From the NCBI GenBank assembly GCA_015061295.1, contig SUWU01000004.1:4436-68435 (forward strand): a stretch of DNA of 64,000 bases, written 5' to 3'. Below are positions 27,992 to 37,688 of the stretch, piece after piece (position 1 is the first letter of the stretch; every line of letters starts with the position of its first letter). The notes beneath the pieces were generated by a model that saw nothing but the letters and a program-made list of their open reading frames with translations, was not told the origin of the DNA and did not search any database. A program made the position numbers and the translations under genes. Source of the stretch: Lentimicrobiaceae bacterium. Its GTDB lineage: Bacteria; Bacteroidota; Bacteroidia; Bacteroidales; F082.

Positions 27992-28726
27992 ATGAAGAAA
28001 CATATTCCGAATATGATAACATGTTGCAACCTTTTATCGGGTTGCATCTCGATAGTCTTAATCTGTAACGGCTACGCCTTAGCTGCTGGCATCATGATTT
28101 TCATGGCAGCAGTCTTTGATTTCTTCGATGGTTTTGCTGCTCGTTTGTTAAAAGCCTATTCCCCTTTGGGAGCGCAGTTAGACTCACTCTCCGATGTTGT
28201 TTCTTTCGGTGTAGCGCCTTCATTTATAATCTACTATTATCTCAATCAACAACCAACAGCCGATAGTCTAAACATCGACATATCAGGTTTCAACCTTGTT
28301 GCTTTTGCAGCATTTTTCCTTGCAATATTCGCTGCTTTACGTCTCGCTAAATTTAACATCGATGACAGACAGACGACCTCTTTCATAGGGTTACCTACTC
28401 CAGCCATGGGGCTCTTCGTAGCATCGTTGCCTTTCACCTTGAACAACGACCATCTGACATTTATGGGAAACATCATAACAAACACCTATTTCCTACTCGC
28501 CATAATAATAACATTCAGTTTCTTGATGGTTAGCGAGATACCGTTCTTTTCGTTGAAGATAAAAAACCTAAGGTTCAAAGAAAACATATACCTCTACATA
28601 CTCGCAGCATTCGCTGTTGTGGCATTCTCATTGTTAGGATTTGCAGCAATCCCTTTCGTAATGATATTCTATATCGTGGAAGCGTGCGTTATCTCACGTA
28701 ATGTGGCATCGTCTCAGGCAAGATGA
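27992..28726 (+). CDS. pssA: CDP-diacylglycerol--serine O-phosphatidyltransferase
   Basis: CDP-alcohol transferase motif DFFDGFAARLL..GAQLDSLSD. Polytopic membrane protein. Confidence 0.85.
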   Translation: MKKHIPNMITCCNLLSGCISIVLICNGYALAAGIMIFMAAVFDFFDGFAARLLKAYSPLGAQLDSLSDVVSFGVAPSFIIYYYLNQQPTADSLNIDISGFNLVAFAAFFLAIFAALRLAKFNIDDRQTTSFIGLPTPAMGLFVASLPFTLNNDHLTFMGNIITNTYFLLAIIITFSFLMVSEIPFFSLKIKNLRFKENIYLYILAAFAVVAFSLLGFAAIPFVMIFYIVEACVISRNVASSQAR

Positions 28727-29018
28727 TAGAATATTCGATAAGACCTTTTATAGCGCCGTCAACATACCACGGAGTTTGATATATCATCTTCTTCACATCA
28801 CCTTTCTGTATCGTATAAACATTGGTCGCCTTCTCATCTATAAGACGTTTTATCGTCTCTTGTGACGATGGCTTATGACACGACATCATATTCTTTCCAA
28901 CCATATCACCAAAGACCGATTTCGCCTTATCATTCATATACACAACATTACCTTCGGTATCAGAGATAGTTATACTCACATTTATCTCTTTGAAAAAATC
29001 AAAAATATTACTTTCCAT
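28689..29018 (-). CDS. Small single-PAS-domain protein
   Basis: 109 aa. ITISDTEGNVVYMNDKA..CHKPSSQETIKRL PAS-like pattern. Its 3' end overlaps pssA by 38 nt. Confidence 0.65.
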   Translation of the reverse strand: MESNIFDFFKEINVSITISDTEGNVVYMNDKAKSVFGDMVGKNMMSCHKPSSQETIKRLIDEKATNVYTIQKGDVKKMIYQTPWYVDGAIKGLIEYSIILPETMPHYVR

Positions 29019-29091
29019 GACATGAATTTTTTATGCAAAAAAAAGAAATATTTGTTAAAGATGAAACGTTGAAACAAAAAAAATAAAATGT

Positions 29092-29099
29092 TATATTTG
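29092..29099 (+). promoter_or_regulatory. Candidate -7 box for the lptF/G-GT4-GT4 unit
   Basis: tatatttg, 21 nt before the TTG start. Confidence 0.5.
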
Positions 29100-29119
29100 C
29101 AAACGTAAATAGGTTTGCA

Positions 29120-30574
29120 TTGAAGAAACTCTACATATATATATTACGCTCTTTTATTGGCACATTCATCTTCACGTTTTTTGTCGCCATTTTCATTTTA
29201 TTGATGCAATTCTTATGGACATATCTCGACGACCTTGTCGGGAAAGGCTTAGGTTTTGACGTCTTAGGCAAGTTGATATTCTACACGTCCATAACATTCG
29301 TACCTATGGCGATGCCTTTAGCAATATTATTATCGTCGTTGATGTGTTTCGGCAACTTAGGAGAATATTATGAACTTGTCGCCATGAAAGCCTCTGGCAT
29401 CTCGGTATGGAAGATCATGCGACCTCTGCTTATCTTCTCCATCATTATGAGTCTCACTGCCTTTATCTTTTCTAACAACGTATTGCCTGTAGCCACGTTA
29501 AAATCCAAGACATTATTACGTGATGTAAGGAAGCAAAAGATGTCGTTCGACATCCCCGAAGGCATGTTTTATAAAGGCATTGATGGTTATACCATACGTG
29601 TAAACAAAAAAGGTGCTGATGGTACCTCACTTTACGATGTGATGATTTACGACCATACAGAACATCAAGGAAACATAAAAGTCACCACTGCCGACTCTGC
29701 CACCATAGCCTTGTCGCCAAGTCAGAAAGAGATAGTATTCACCTTATACGATGGATACAACTACAACGAGGTCGTTGACGACAATCATTATAGGCAGAAG
29801 CGTCCATTTGAGAAGATGAAATTTGCAAAACAATATGTCACCTTCGACATCTCCGATTTCGACCTTACACAGACTGACGAGAACGCACTAAAAGGACATC
29901 AGTCGATGTTGAACATAAGCCAGCTCAATGTAGCCATCGACTCGTTAAAGAGAGACACCGAAGAACGACAGCAGTCGTACAACATCTCTTTCGTCAACAG
30001 GTTTCAGCATTTCTCATCGAGAGATGTAGAGAATAAAGCCAAAGGCAAATATCATGACGACGATACTATAAGTGTTTTCAGATGGCCTCTTATAGACAAT
30101 TTTGTCGAGAGAGAACAAAGGTCTATCATCAACTCAGCGTGTTCGTCAACGAGAAATATCTCCGACAACATAGACTTAAACATCACCGACTTCAAGCGAC
30201 AAGACACCAACTTAAGGAAGCATCAGCAGGTGCTTCATGAGAAGTTCTCGCTCAGCATAGCTTGTCTGTTGTTTTTCTTCATCGGAGCGCCATTAGGAGC
30301 CATCATCAGAAAAGGAGGTCTCGGACTCCCCATTGTCATCAGCGTTGTCTTTTTCGTGATATATTACATCATCACCATCACAAGCCAACGTATAGCGATA
30401 GCTGGCGACATACCTGTATTTTTGGGTGTCTGGCTCTCATCTATCATATTACTGCCGATAGGCATTTTCCTCACGACAAAAGCTACCACCGACTCCAGCA
30501 TACTCGATGGCGAGAGTTGGAAGAAAACTATAAACAACATTTTCAAGAGAAACAAAAAAGATACGACGTTATGA
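29120..30574 (+). CDS. LptF/LptG-family (YjgP/YjgQ) LPS export permease
   Basis: Six-TM permease with a large periplasmic insert. Apparent TTG start at 29120, 21 nt after the -7 box. Confidence 0.8.
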   Translation: MKKLYIYILRSFIGTFIFTFFVAIFILLMQFLWTYLDDLVGKGLGFDVLGKLIFYTSITFVPMAMPLAILLSSLMCFGNLGEYYELVAMKASGISVWKIMRPLLIFSIIMSLTAFIFSNNVLPVATLKSKTLLRDVRKQKMSFDIPEGMFYKGIDGYTIRVNKKGADGTSLYDVMIYDHTEHQGNIKVTTADSATIALSPSQKEIVFTLYDGYNYNEVVDDNHYRQKRPFEKMKFAKQYVTFDISDFDLTQTDENALKGHQSMLNISQLNVAIDSLKRDTEERQQSYNISFVNRFQHFSSRDVENKAKGKYHDDDTISVFRWPLIDNFVEREQRSIINSACSSTRNISDNIDLNITDFKRQDTNLRKHQQVLHEKFSLSIACLLFFFIGAPLGAIIRKGGLGLPIVISVVFFVIYYIITITSQRIAIAGDIPVFLGVWLSSIILLPIGIFLTTKATTDSSILDGESWKKTINNIFKRNKKDTTL

Positions 30575-31794
30575 ATATCCTGATGCTTTGTAACAAATCA
30601 CCCTACCCTCCACAAGAAGGAGGTCCTATGGCAATGAACAGTATTGTCACCGGACTTCTCAAGGCTGGTCATAAGGTGAAGATATTATCATTCAACAGCG
30701 AGAAATATCACATCAAGAAGAAAGATATTCCCGTCTCATATCGCGACAAGACAGGCATAGAACTAATCGACATCGACTTAAGAATAAAACCCATTCAGGC
30801 ATTAAAAAACATCATCGCCAACAAATCGTATCATGTAGAACGTTTTATCTCTCCATTGTTCACAAAGAAACTGATAGAGACATTACAGAAGGAGAGGTTC
30901 GACATCGTGCAGTTAGAGATGATATATATGGCACCATATATAAAAACGATACGAGCCAACTCCAATGCCCTGATTGTCATGAGAGCTCATAACGTAGAAC
31001 ATCTTATCTGGGATAGAATAGCTAAGAAGACCAAGTTTCCTCCTAAAAAATGGTATCTCAACCATTTAGTCAGTACATTAAAGAAATACGAGCTAAGTGT
31101 ACTCGATGAAGTTGATGGCATTGCCGCCATCACCTATAGAGACGCTGCGTTTTTCAGAGGAAAGACAGCGACACCTGTCATCGACATACCATACGGCGTG
31201 GAACCCGACAAGTTCACGCCATCGTATGAAGTAAAAGAAAAACCAAGTTTCTATCACATAGGCTCTATGAACTGGATGCCTAACGAAGAAGGCATCAAAT
31301 GGTTCCTCAACAACGTGTGGGATAATTTCATTAAGAAAGAACCCGACGCTCATCTCTACCTCGCAGGTCGTCATATGCCTAAATGGCTCATAAAGACAAA
31401 GAAAACCAACGTACATGTCTTAGGCGAAGTAGATGATGCTCAAGAGTTCATAAAAGATAACGATATTGCCATAGTACCACTTCTGTCGGGCAGCGGGATA
31501 AGAATAAAAATCATTGAGTCGATGGCGATGGGCAAGACAGTGATAACAACGATGATAGGAGCCGAAGGAATACAATACTCAGAATACGAGAATATCATCA
31601 TCGCCGATGAAGCAGCCAAGATGACAGAGACGATGTGTAAGATGAGAAGAGAACCTCAAGAAGCTGAGAGGATAGGAAGAAGCGCCCGTAAGTTGGTGGA
31701 ACACATCTACGACAACAAAAAAATCATCGACAGACTACTCATCTTCTACGACGAGATAGGGAAAGATAAAAAAGATATTTCATATATTAAGTAG
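30571..31794 (+). CDS. Glycosyltransferase family 4
   Basis: MNILMLCNKSPYPPQEGG start and C-terminal GT-B E-x7-E region (IIESMAMGKTVITT). ATGA start/stop overlap with the permease gene. The ORF-track 5' extension (30262) lies inside that gene. Confidence 0.85.
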   Translation: MNILMLCNKSPYPPQEGGPMAMNSIVTGLLKAGHKVKILSFNSEKYHIKKKDIPVSYRDKTGIELIDIDLRIKPIQALKNIIANKSYHVERFISPLFTKKLIETLQKERFDIVQLEMIYMAPYIKTIRANSNALIVMRAHNVEHLIWDRIAKKTKFPPKKWYLNHLVSTLKKYELSVLDEVDGIAAITYRDAAFFRGKTATPVIDIPYGVEPDKFTPSYEVKEKPSFYHIGSMNWMPNEEGIKWFLNNVWDNFIKKEPDAHLYLAGRHMPKWLIKTKKTNVHVLGEVDDAQEFIKDNDIAIVPLLSGSGIRIKIIESMAMGKTVITTMIGAEGIQYSEYENIIIADEAAKMTETMCKMRREPQEAERIGRSARKLVEHIYDNKKIIDRLLIFYDEIGKDKKDISYIK

Positions 31795-31807
31795 TAACAG
31801 CAAAACC

Positions 31808-32980
31808 ATGAAGATATTCGTATTGCTATCGAGGATACCATGGCCGTTAGAGAAAGGCGACAAGCTGAGAGCTTATAACCAAATCAAGCAGCTCGCCAAA
31901 AATAACGAGGTGATACTATGTGCCCTTAATACAGACAGATACAACAACAAAGAGGAAGCCTTCAAAGCCTTGCAACCTTATTGCTCATCAGTGACATTCA
32001 TCGATATCAACAAAATGTCAATATTGGCAAATATAGCAAGAGCTTTCATAAAAGGATTACCATTTCAATGCGGATATTTCTACAACAGAAAAGCTCATAA
32101 GAAAATACATAACCTTATTGAGAAACACCAACCCGATATGCTGTTCTGCCAACTACTGAGAACAGCAGAATATATACGTCACGAAAACACCCCAAAAGCT
32201 ATAGATTATCAAGATGTCTTCTCCATGGGAATGAAAAGAAGATTAGACATAGCCCCTCTGTATCTGAAACCATTCTTCAAAATGGAATATAACAGATTAA
32301 AACGTTATGAACACGACATCTTCGACGACTTCAACATCAAGACAATCATCAGCAAACAAGACCGCGACCTTGTTGACCATCATAAAAAAGACGAGATACT
32401 AATAGTGCCTAACGGCGTTGACCATGAATATTATTCGCCTCAAAATCAAGAGAAAAGATACGACATCGTCTTTACAGGCAACATGGCTTACGCACCTAAT
32501 ATCAACGCAGTGGAATATCTTGCATATCATATCATGCCTTTGGTATGGAAACATCTTCCCAATGCAAAACTTTATATCGCTGGTGCAACGCCAGACCCTC
32601 GCGTTAAGAAAGTAGCCTCCGACAATGTCATCATCAGCGGATGGCTCAACGATATGAGAGATGCCTACGCACAATCTAAGATATTTGTCGCACCGATGAG
32701 AATAGGCACAGGCTTGCAAAACAAACTCCTTGAAGCCATGTCGATGAAGCTACCTTGCATAACGACACCTCTGGCTAACAACCCATTAGGAGCTGAAGAC
32801 AGAAAAGAAATCCTCGTGGGAAATAACGAATACGAACTCGCAGATCATATAATAACATTATTGACAGATAACGAAAAAGCCGACAACATGGCGCAAAACG
32901 GCTACGACTTCGTACATCGCATCTATGACTGGGAGAAAGCGACAAAGATTATGGAATTAAGAATGAACAATGTACAATGA
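31808..32980 (+). CDS. Glycosyltransferase family 4 (second copy)
   Basis: SRIPWPLEKGDKLRAY N-terminus and LLEAMSMKLPCITT GT-B motif. The last codons MNNVQ and the stop are encoded by a heptamer array. Confidence 0.85.
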   Translation: MKIFVLLSRIPWPLEKGDKLRAYNQIKQLAKNNEVILCALNTDRYNNKEEAFKALQPYCSSVTFIDINKMSILANIARAFIKGLPFQCGYFYNRKAHKKIHNLIEKHQPDMLFCQLLRTAEYIRHENTPKAIDYQDVFSMGMKRRLDIAPLYLKPFFKMEYNRLKRYEHDIFDDFNIKTIISKQDRDLVDHHKKDEILIVPNGVDHEYYSPQNQEKRYDIVFTGNMAYAPNINAVEYLAYHIMPLVWKHLPNAKLYIAGATPDPRVKKVASDNVIISGWLNDMRDAYAQSKIFVAPMRIGTGLQNKLLEAMSMKLPCITTPLANNPLGAEDRKEILVGNNEYELADHIITLLTDNEKADNMAQNGYDFVHRIYDWEKATKIMELRMNNVQ

Positions 32981-33059
32981 ACAATGAACAATGAATAATG
33001 AATAATGAATAATGAATAATAATAACTTGGTGACTCAGTGACTCAGTGACTTGGTGACT
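32963..33059. repeat. Word array R16: heptamers ATGAACA/ATGTACA/ATGAATA x8, then octamers CTTGGTGA/CTCAGTGA x4
   Basis: Begins inside the last 6 codons of the second GT4 gene and is followed by TTTTAAAAA. Confidence 0.95.
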
Positions 33060-33076
33060 TTTAAAAACAAATAGGT

Positions 33077-34750
33077 ATGGCAGACGATAAGAAGATAATA
33101 TTTTCGATGGTTGGCGTGAGCAAGATCATTCCGCCTTCAAGACAGATTTTGAAAGACATTTATTTGTCATTTTATTATGGAGCTAAAATCGGTATCATCG
33201 GTTTGAATGGCTCAGGTAAATCAACCTTGTTGAAAATCATTGCTGGCAAGGATAAATCCTATAACGGAGAAGTCGTTTTCTCTCCAGGATATTCCGTCGG
33301 TATGTTAGACCAGGAACCAGAATTGGATAACAGCAAGACTGTGAAGGAAGTCGTTCAAGAAGGCATTCAGGAAGTCGTTGACATTTTAAAGAGATATGAG
33401 GAAGTCAACGCCCGTTTCATGGAAGAACTCACCGACGACGAGATGAACGCTCTCGTGGAAGAACAAGGTCAGCTCACCGACCTGATTGAACAGCACGACG
33501 CTTGGGATTTGGACAGCAAACTTGAGAGAGCCATGGATGCGCTCAACTGTCCTGACGGAGACACTCCTGTGAAGAACCTCTCCGGTGGTGAACGCCGCCG
33601 CGTGGCATTGGTGCGACTTCTTCTCCAAGAACCAGATATTCTATTATTAGACGAACCAACCAACCACCTTGACGCAGAGGCAATCAACTGGTTAGAGCAA
33701 CACTTGCAACAATATAAAGGAACCGTTATCGCCGTCACCCACGACCGTTACTTTTTAGACCACGTGGCAGGCTGGATTTTAGAATTAGACCGCGGTGAAG
33801 GCATCCCATGGAAAGGCAACTACTCCTCATGGCTCGACCAGAAGACAGCACGTATGGCGATGGAAGAGAAGACAGAAAGCAAACGTCGCAAGACTTTGGA
33901 ACGCGAGCTCGAATGGGTCAGGATGGCACCGAAAGCACGTCACGCCAAAGGCAAGGCCCGTCTCGCTTCATATGAGAAACTCCTTAACGAAGATGTAAAA
34001 GAGAAAGAAGAGAAATTAGAAATATATATCCCGAACGGCGACCGTCTCGGCAACAAAGTCATCGAGGCAAAGAACATAACAAAAGCCTACGGCGATAAAC
34101 TGTTATTCGAGAATTTGAGTTTCTCGCTTCCTCCAGCAGGCATCGTGGGCGTCATAGGACCTAACGGCGCTGGTAAGACGACATTATTCCGTCTCATCAT
34201 GGGATTAGAGAAACCAGACTCTGGCGAGTTTGAGGTAGGCGAGACAGTAAAGACAGGCTACGTCGATCAGCAGCACGCCGACATCGACCCTGAGAAGACA
34301 GTTTGGGAAGTCATCTCTGGTGGCAACGAATTGATACAACTTGGCAAACGCACCATGAACTCAAGGGCTTACGTCTCGAGATTCAATTTCGGTGGCAACG
34401 ACCAGCAGAAGAAAGCAGGCGTATTGTCGGGCGGTGAACGTAACAGAATGCACCTCGCCCTTACGTTAAAACAAGAAGCTAATGTGCTTCTCCTCGACGA
34501 ACCTACCAACGACATCGACGTGAATACGCTGCGTGCTTTGGAAGAAGGTTTGGAAAACTTCGCGGGATGCGCCGTCGTTATCTCTCACGACAGATGGTTC
34601 TTAGATAGAATCGCGACTCATATCCTCGCTTTCGAAGGCGACTCACAAGTGTATTTCTTCGAAGGAAGTTATTCGGAATATGAGGAGAACAAGATTAAAC
34701 GACTTGGCAATGCAGCGCCTAAGAAGTTTAAATACAAGAAATTGATGTAA
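33077..34750 (+). CDS. ettA: Energy-dependent translational throttle ABC-F ATPase EttA
   Basis: Two ABC cassettes (GLNGSGKST, GPNGAGKTT; LSGGERRR, LSGGERNR). 557 aa. KKFKYKKL tail. Confidence 0.95.
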   Translation: MADDKKIIFSMVGVSKIIPPSRQILKDIYLSFYYGAKIGIIGLNGSGKSTLLKIIAGKDKSYNGEVVFSPGYSVGMLDQEPELDNSKTVKEVVQEGIQEVVDILKRYEEVNARFMEELTDDEMNALVEEQGQLTDLIEQHDAWDLDSKLERAMDALNCPDGDTPVKNLSGGERRRVALVRLLLQEPDILLLDEPTNHLDAEAINWLEQHLQQYKGTVIAVTHDRYFLDHVAGWILELDRGEGIPWKGNYSSWLDQKTARMAMEEKTESKRRKTLERELEWVRMAPKARHAKGKARLASYEKLLNEDVKEKEEKLEIYIPNGDRLGNKVIEAKNITKAYGDKLLFENLSFSLPPAGIVGVIGPNGAGKTTLFRLIMGLEKPDSGEFEVGETVKTGYVDQQHADIDPEKTVWEVISGGNELIQLGKRTMNSRAYVSRFNFGGNDQQKKAGVLSGGERNRMHLALTLKQEANVLLLDEPTNDIDVNTLRALEEGLENFAGCAVVISHDRWFLDRIATHILAFEGDSQVYFFEGSYSEYEENKIKRLGNAAPKKFKYKKLM

Positions 34751-34795
34751 AGTCGCAAGGTCGCAGAGACACATAAATATTGTGACCTTACGACC
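34751..34795. repeat. Inverted words GTCGCAAGGTCGCA / TGTGACCTTACGAC
   Basis: Starts right after the ettA stop and is followed by TAAAAA. Confidence 0.8.
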
Positions 34796-34810
34796 TAAAA
34801 ATTATCAACA

Positions 34811-35272
34811 ATGAAAAAAGCATTTAAAAAATTATCAACAATCTCTCTTTTTGTTTTGATAGCATTGCTGCCATCTTGCGACCCTGGATTTTATGATACA
34901 TTTAAAATAAAAAATGAATTAGGCAGAGACATCAAAGCTACTGATCTCCACGGTCATGATACTATCACCATCAAAAACGGCGAAGTTAAAATCGCCCTTG
35001 AAAATGGAGGATTGGGAACTTCACAATTCTCATATACAAATACTGACCGTTATCTACAAGAATACCCTGTCATTATCTTCGACAACAGCGTTGCATATAC
35101 AAGTAAGAACACTGAATTGATAAAACAATTTGAAAAGTCAATATTTAAAATGTCATGTTGGGAGATTTTATTTTTTGAAGATAGAAAAATGAGTGATAAT
35201 TGCGAGGTACTTTATACTATTACAGAAGAAGACTATCAGAATGCTATCATCTTAAACGAAATGAATAAATAA
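34811..35272 (+). CDS. Hypothetical lipoprotein
   Basis: Lipobox LLPSC. 153 aa, AT-rich, no family recognised. Confidence 0.55.
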   Translation: MKKAFKKLSTISLFVLIALLPSCDPGFYDTFKIKNELGRDIKATDLHGHDTITIKNGEVKIALENGGLGTSQFSYTNTDRYLQEYPVIIFDNSVAYTSKNTELIKQFEKSIFKMSCWEILFFEDRKMSDNCEVLYTITEEDYQNAIILNEMNK

Positions 35273-35305
35273 TATGGACAAAGTCTGTTGTCCGTTGACA
35301 TAAAA
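35267..35305 (+). repeat. 39-bp perfect direct repeat, copy 1 (left boundary of the ATPase cassette)
   Basis: aaataatatggacaaagtctgttgtccgttgacataaaa. Contains the small hairpin ggacaa..ttgtcc. Confidence 0.95.
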
Positions 35306-35310
35306 AATAT

Positions 35311-35318
35311 TATCTTTG
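35311..35318 (+). promoter_or_regulatory. Candidate -7 box for the AAA/DUF4143 gene
   Basis: tatctttg, followed by a perfect 14-bp palindrome at 35330-35343. Confidence 0.5.
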
Positions 35319-35329
35319 CAAGCAAAAAC

Positions 35330-35343
35330 TGTGTATATACACA
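35330..35343. promoter_or_regulatory. Perfect 14-bp palindrome, operator-like
   Basis: tgtgtatatacaca lies between the -7 box and the ATG of the ATPase gene. Confidence 0.35.
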
Positions 35344-35358
35344 AAAAGTGTTTCTGAT

Positions 35359-36597
35359 ATGATATTTAAAAGGGAGCAATATATAGAGAAGTTAATTAAT
35401 AACAAACATAATCACCTTGTCAAGATTGTTACTGGTTTAAGACGTGTAGGCAAGTCGTTTTTGCTTTTTAATCTTTACAAACAACATCTTATAAATAATG
35501 GTGTTCCTGAGAATCATATCATAGAATTTCAACTAGATTCTTTTTCACACAGAAAATATCGTAAAGCAGAGTTCCTATTTGAACACGTAGAAAGTTTGTC
35601 CAAACAAGACCATCAGATGTACTATGTTATGATTGATGAAGTACAGATGTTAGAGGATTTTGTAGATGTTTTGAATGGTTTTCTTCATATAAAAAATCTT
35701 GATGTATATGTAACAGGCAGTAACGCTAAATTTTTATCGTCAGATATAGTAACAGAGTTTAGAGGAAGAGGCGTACAGATTCATCTTCAACCTCTATCAT
35801 TCAAAGAAATAAAGGAAAAATCAACGGAAGACATTCTTTCTCTATGGAAAGATTACATATATTACGGTGGGTTACCTATGGTTGTCCTGGAGAAAAGCAA
35901 ATCACGTAAAGCAGAAATTCTTCAAGAACTAATTAGAGAAACGTATCTTAGCGATATTATCAACAGAAACAGCATTAAGAATGACGCTGAAATAGAGGAA
36001 CTTTTTTGTCTTTTGGCTTCCAACATAGGAGCTTTAACTAATCCTAATAAACTAGCAAACACGTTTGTTAGTGAAAAAAAAGTAAAGATAAGTCATAGCA
36101 CAATAAAATCTTACATCGATTATTTTATAGATTCATTTCTTATTAATAAAGCTATTAGATATGATATCAAAGGTAAGAAATATATAAATTCTCCTTATAA
36201 ATATTATTTTTCTGACATCGGATTGCGCAATGCCCTTCTCAACTTTCGACAAATAGAGAGTACACACATCATGGAAAATATCATATATAATTACATGATA
36301 GGTACAGGTTATAAAGTAGATGTAGGAATTATCACTCATTATTACAAAGATTCTACCGGCAAAACGACAAGAAGTGTATTAGAAATTGATTTTGTATGCA
36401 ATAAAAGTAGTGAGCGTATATATATTCAATCGGCATATTCAATACCTAACAAAGAAAAGCAACAACAAGAACAACGTTCGCTTACATTAACTGACGATTC
36501 TTTCACAAAAATAATATTGACAACTGATAATATACCAATTCATACATTGGATAATGGTATCATTATGATGAATGTATATGATTATCTTCTCAAATAA
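35359..36597 (+). CDS. AAA_14 / DUF4143-type ATP-binding protein
   Basis: Walker A GLRRVGKSF, Walker B YVMIDEVQ. C-terminal half is typical of the DUF4143 (predicted PD-(D/E)xK-like) family. Has its own -7 box at 35311-35318. Confidence 0.8.
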   Translation: MIFKREQYIEKLINNKHNHLVKIVTGLRRVGKSFLLFNLYKQHLINNGVPENHIIEFQLDSFSHRKYRKAEFLFEHVESLSKQDHQMYYVMIDEVQMLEDFVDVLNGFLHIKNLDVYVTGSNAKFLSSDIVTEFRGRGVQIHLQPLSFKEIKEKSTEDILSLWKDYIYYGGLPMVVLEKSKSRKAEILQELIRETYLSDIINRNSIKNDAEIEELFCLLASNIGALTNPNKLANTFVSEKKVKISHSTIKSYIDYFIDSFLINKAIRYDIKGKKYINSPYKYYFSDIGLRNALLNFRQIESTHIMENIIYNYMIGTGYKVDVGIITHYYKDSTGKTTRSVLEIDFVCNKSSERIYIQSAYSIPNKEKQQQEQRSLTLTDDSFTKIILTTDNIPIHTLDNGIIMMNVYDYLLK

Positions 36598-36599
36598 TA

Positions 36600-36638
36600 A
36601 AATAATATGGACAAAGTCTGTTGTCCGTTGACATAAAA
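36600..36638 (+). repeat. 39-bp perfect direct repeat, copy 2 (right boundary of the ATPase cassette)
   Basis: Identical 39-mer, 1333 bp downstream of copy 1. Confidence 0.95.
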
Positions 36639-36646
36639 TAAAAAGT

Positions 36647-37684
36647 ATGGAAAACGAAAAAATAGAATTAACAGAATTATCGGAGCTTGGCGAATTTGGT
36701 CTCATCGACAGATTGACTAAAGACATCAAGATTCATAATAAATCGACAATAAAAGGCATCGGAGACGACGCTGCCGTCATAGATCATAAAAGCGAGCAGA
36801 CCTTAGTCTCTGTCGATGTCTTGATTGAAGGCGTGCATTTCGACATGACATATATGCCGCTCAAACACTTAGGCTACAAAGCTGCCGTAGTGAACTTCTC
36901 CGACATCTACGCCATGAACGGAACACCGACACAGATTGTAGTCGGGATGGGAATCTCGAGCAAGTTCTCCGTCGAAGCCGTCGAAGAAATCTTCTCAGGA
37001 ATAAGATTGGCCTGCGACAACTATAAAGTCGATTTGGTCGGCGGCGACACAACAGCCAGCAAATCGGGACTCTTCATCTCGATAACAGTAATAGGTAAGG
37101 CTAAGAAGAACGACATCGTATTTCGTGACGGAGCCAAAGCTAACGACCTCTTATGCGTCAGCGGCAACCTCGGCGCAGCATACACCGGACTTCTCATCCT
37201 TGAAAGAGAGAAAGCCGCTTTCATGGCAGACCCTAACGTTCAGCCAGAACTCTATGGCTACGACTATATTCTCGAGAGACAGCTGAAGCCAGAGGCACGT
37301 AAAGATATAGTCGCTCAACTTAAAGAGTTAGAGATAAAACCTACTTCTATGATTGACATTTCCGACGGACTTGCATCTGAGATTTTACATCTCTGCAAAG
37401 ACTCTAAAGTAGGCTGCCGTATCTTCGAAGACCGTATCCCTATGAACCAGAAAACCATCGATGTAGCTAAGGAGTTCGACATCGTTCCTTGCGTGGCAGC
37501 TCTCAACGGAGGAGAAGACTACGAGCTTCTTTTCACAGTGAAACAAGAAGACTACGAGAAGGTCAAAGATATGAATGATGTGAGAATCATTGGTTTTATG
37601 ACACCAGACGAAAACGTCGCAGAATTGATAACCACCGACGAACATGTCATTCCGATAGAAGCACAAGGGTTCAAACATTTTTAA
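36647..37684 (+). CDS. thiL: Thiamine-monophosphate kinase
   Basis: GIGDDAAV, VGGDTT, GGEDYELLFT AIR-synthase-like motifs. Confidence 0.9.
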   Translation: MENEKIELTELSELGEFGLIDRLTKDIKIHNKSTIKGIGDDAAVIDHKSEQTLVSVDVLIEGVHFDMTYMPLKHLGYKAAVVNFSDIYAMNGTPTQIVVGMGISSKFSVEAVEEIFSGIRLACDNYKVDLVGGDTTASKSGLFISITVIGKAKKNDIVFRDGAKANDLLCVSGNLGAAYTGLLILEREKAAFMADPNVQPELYGYDYILERQLKPEARKDIVAQLKELEIKPTSMIDISDGLASEILHLCKDSKVGCRIFEDRIPMNQKTIDVAKEFDIVPCVAALNGGEDYELLFTVKQEDYEKVKDMNDVRIIGFMTPDENVAELITTDEHVIPIEAQGFKHF

Positions 37685-37688
37685 TAAC

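Noticed and set aside
28689-28726. The 38-nt 3'-3' overlap of pssA and the small PAS gene could be an antisense regulatory arrangement.
   Set aside because: Both ORFs look genuine and convergent tail overlaps are common. Nothing in the sequence indicates regulation beyond the overlap itself.
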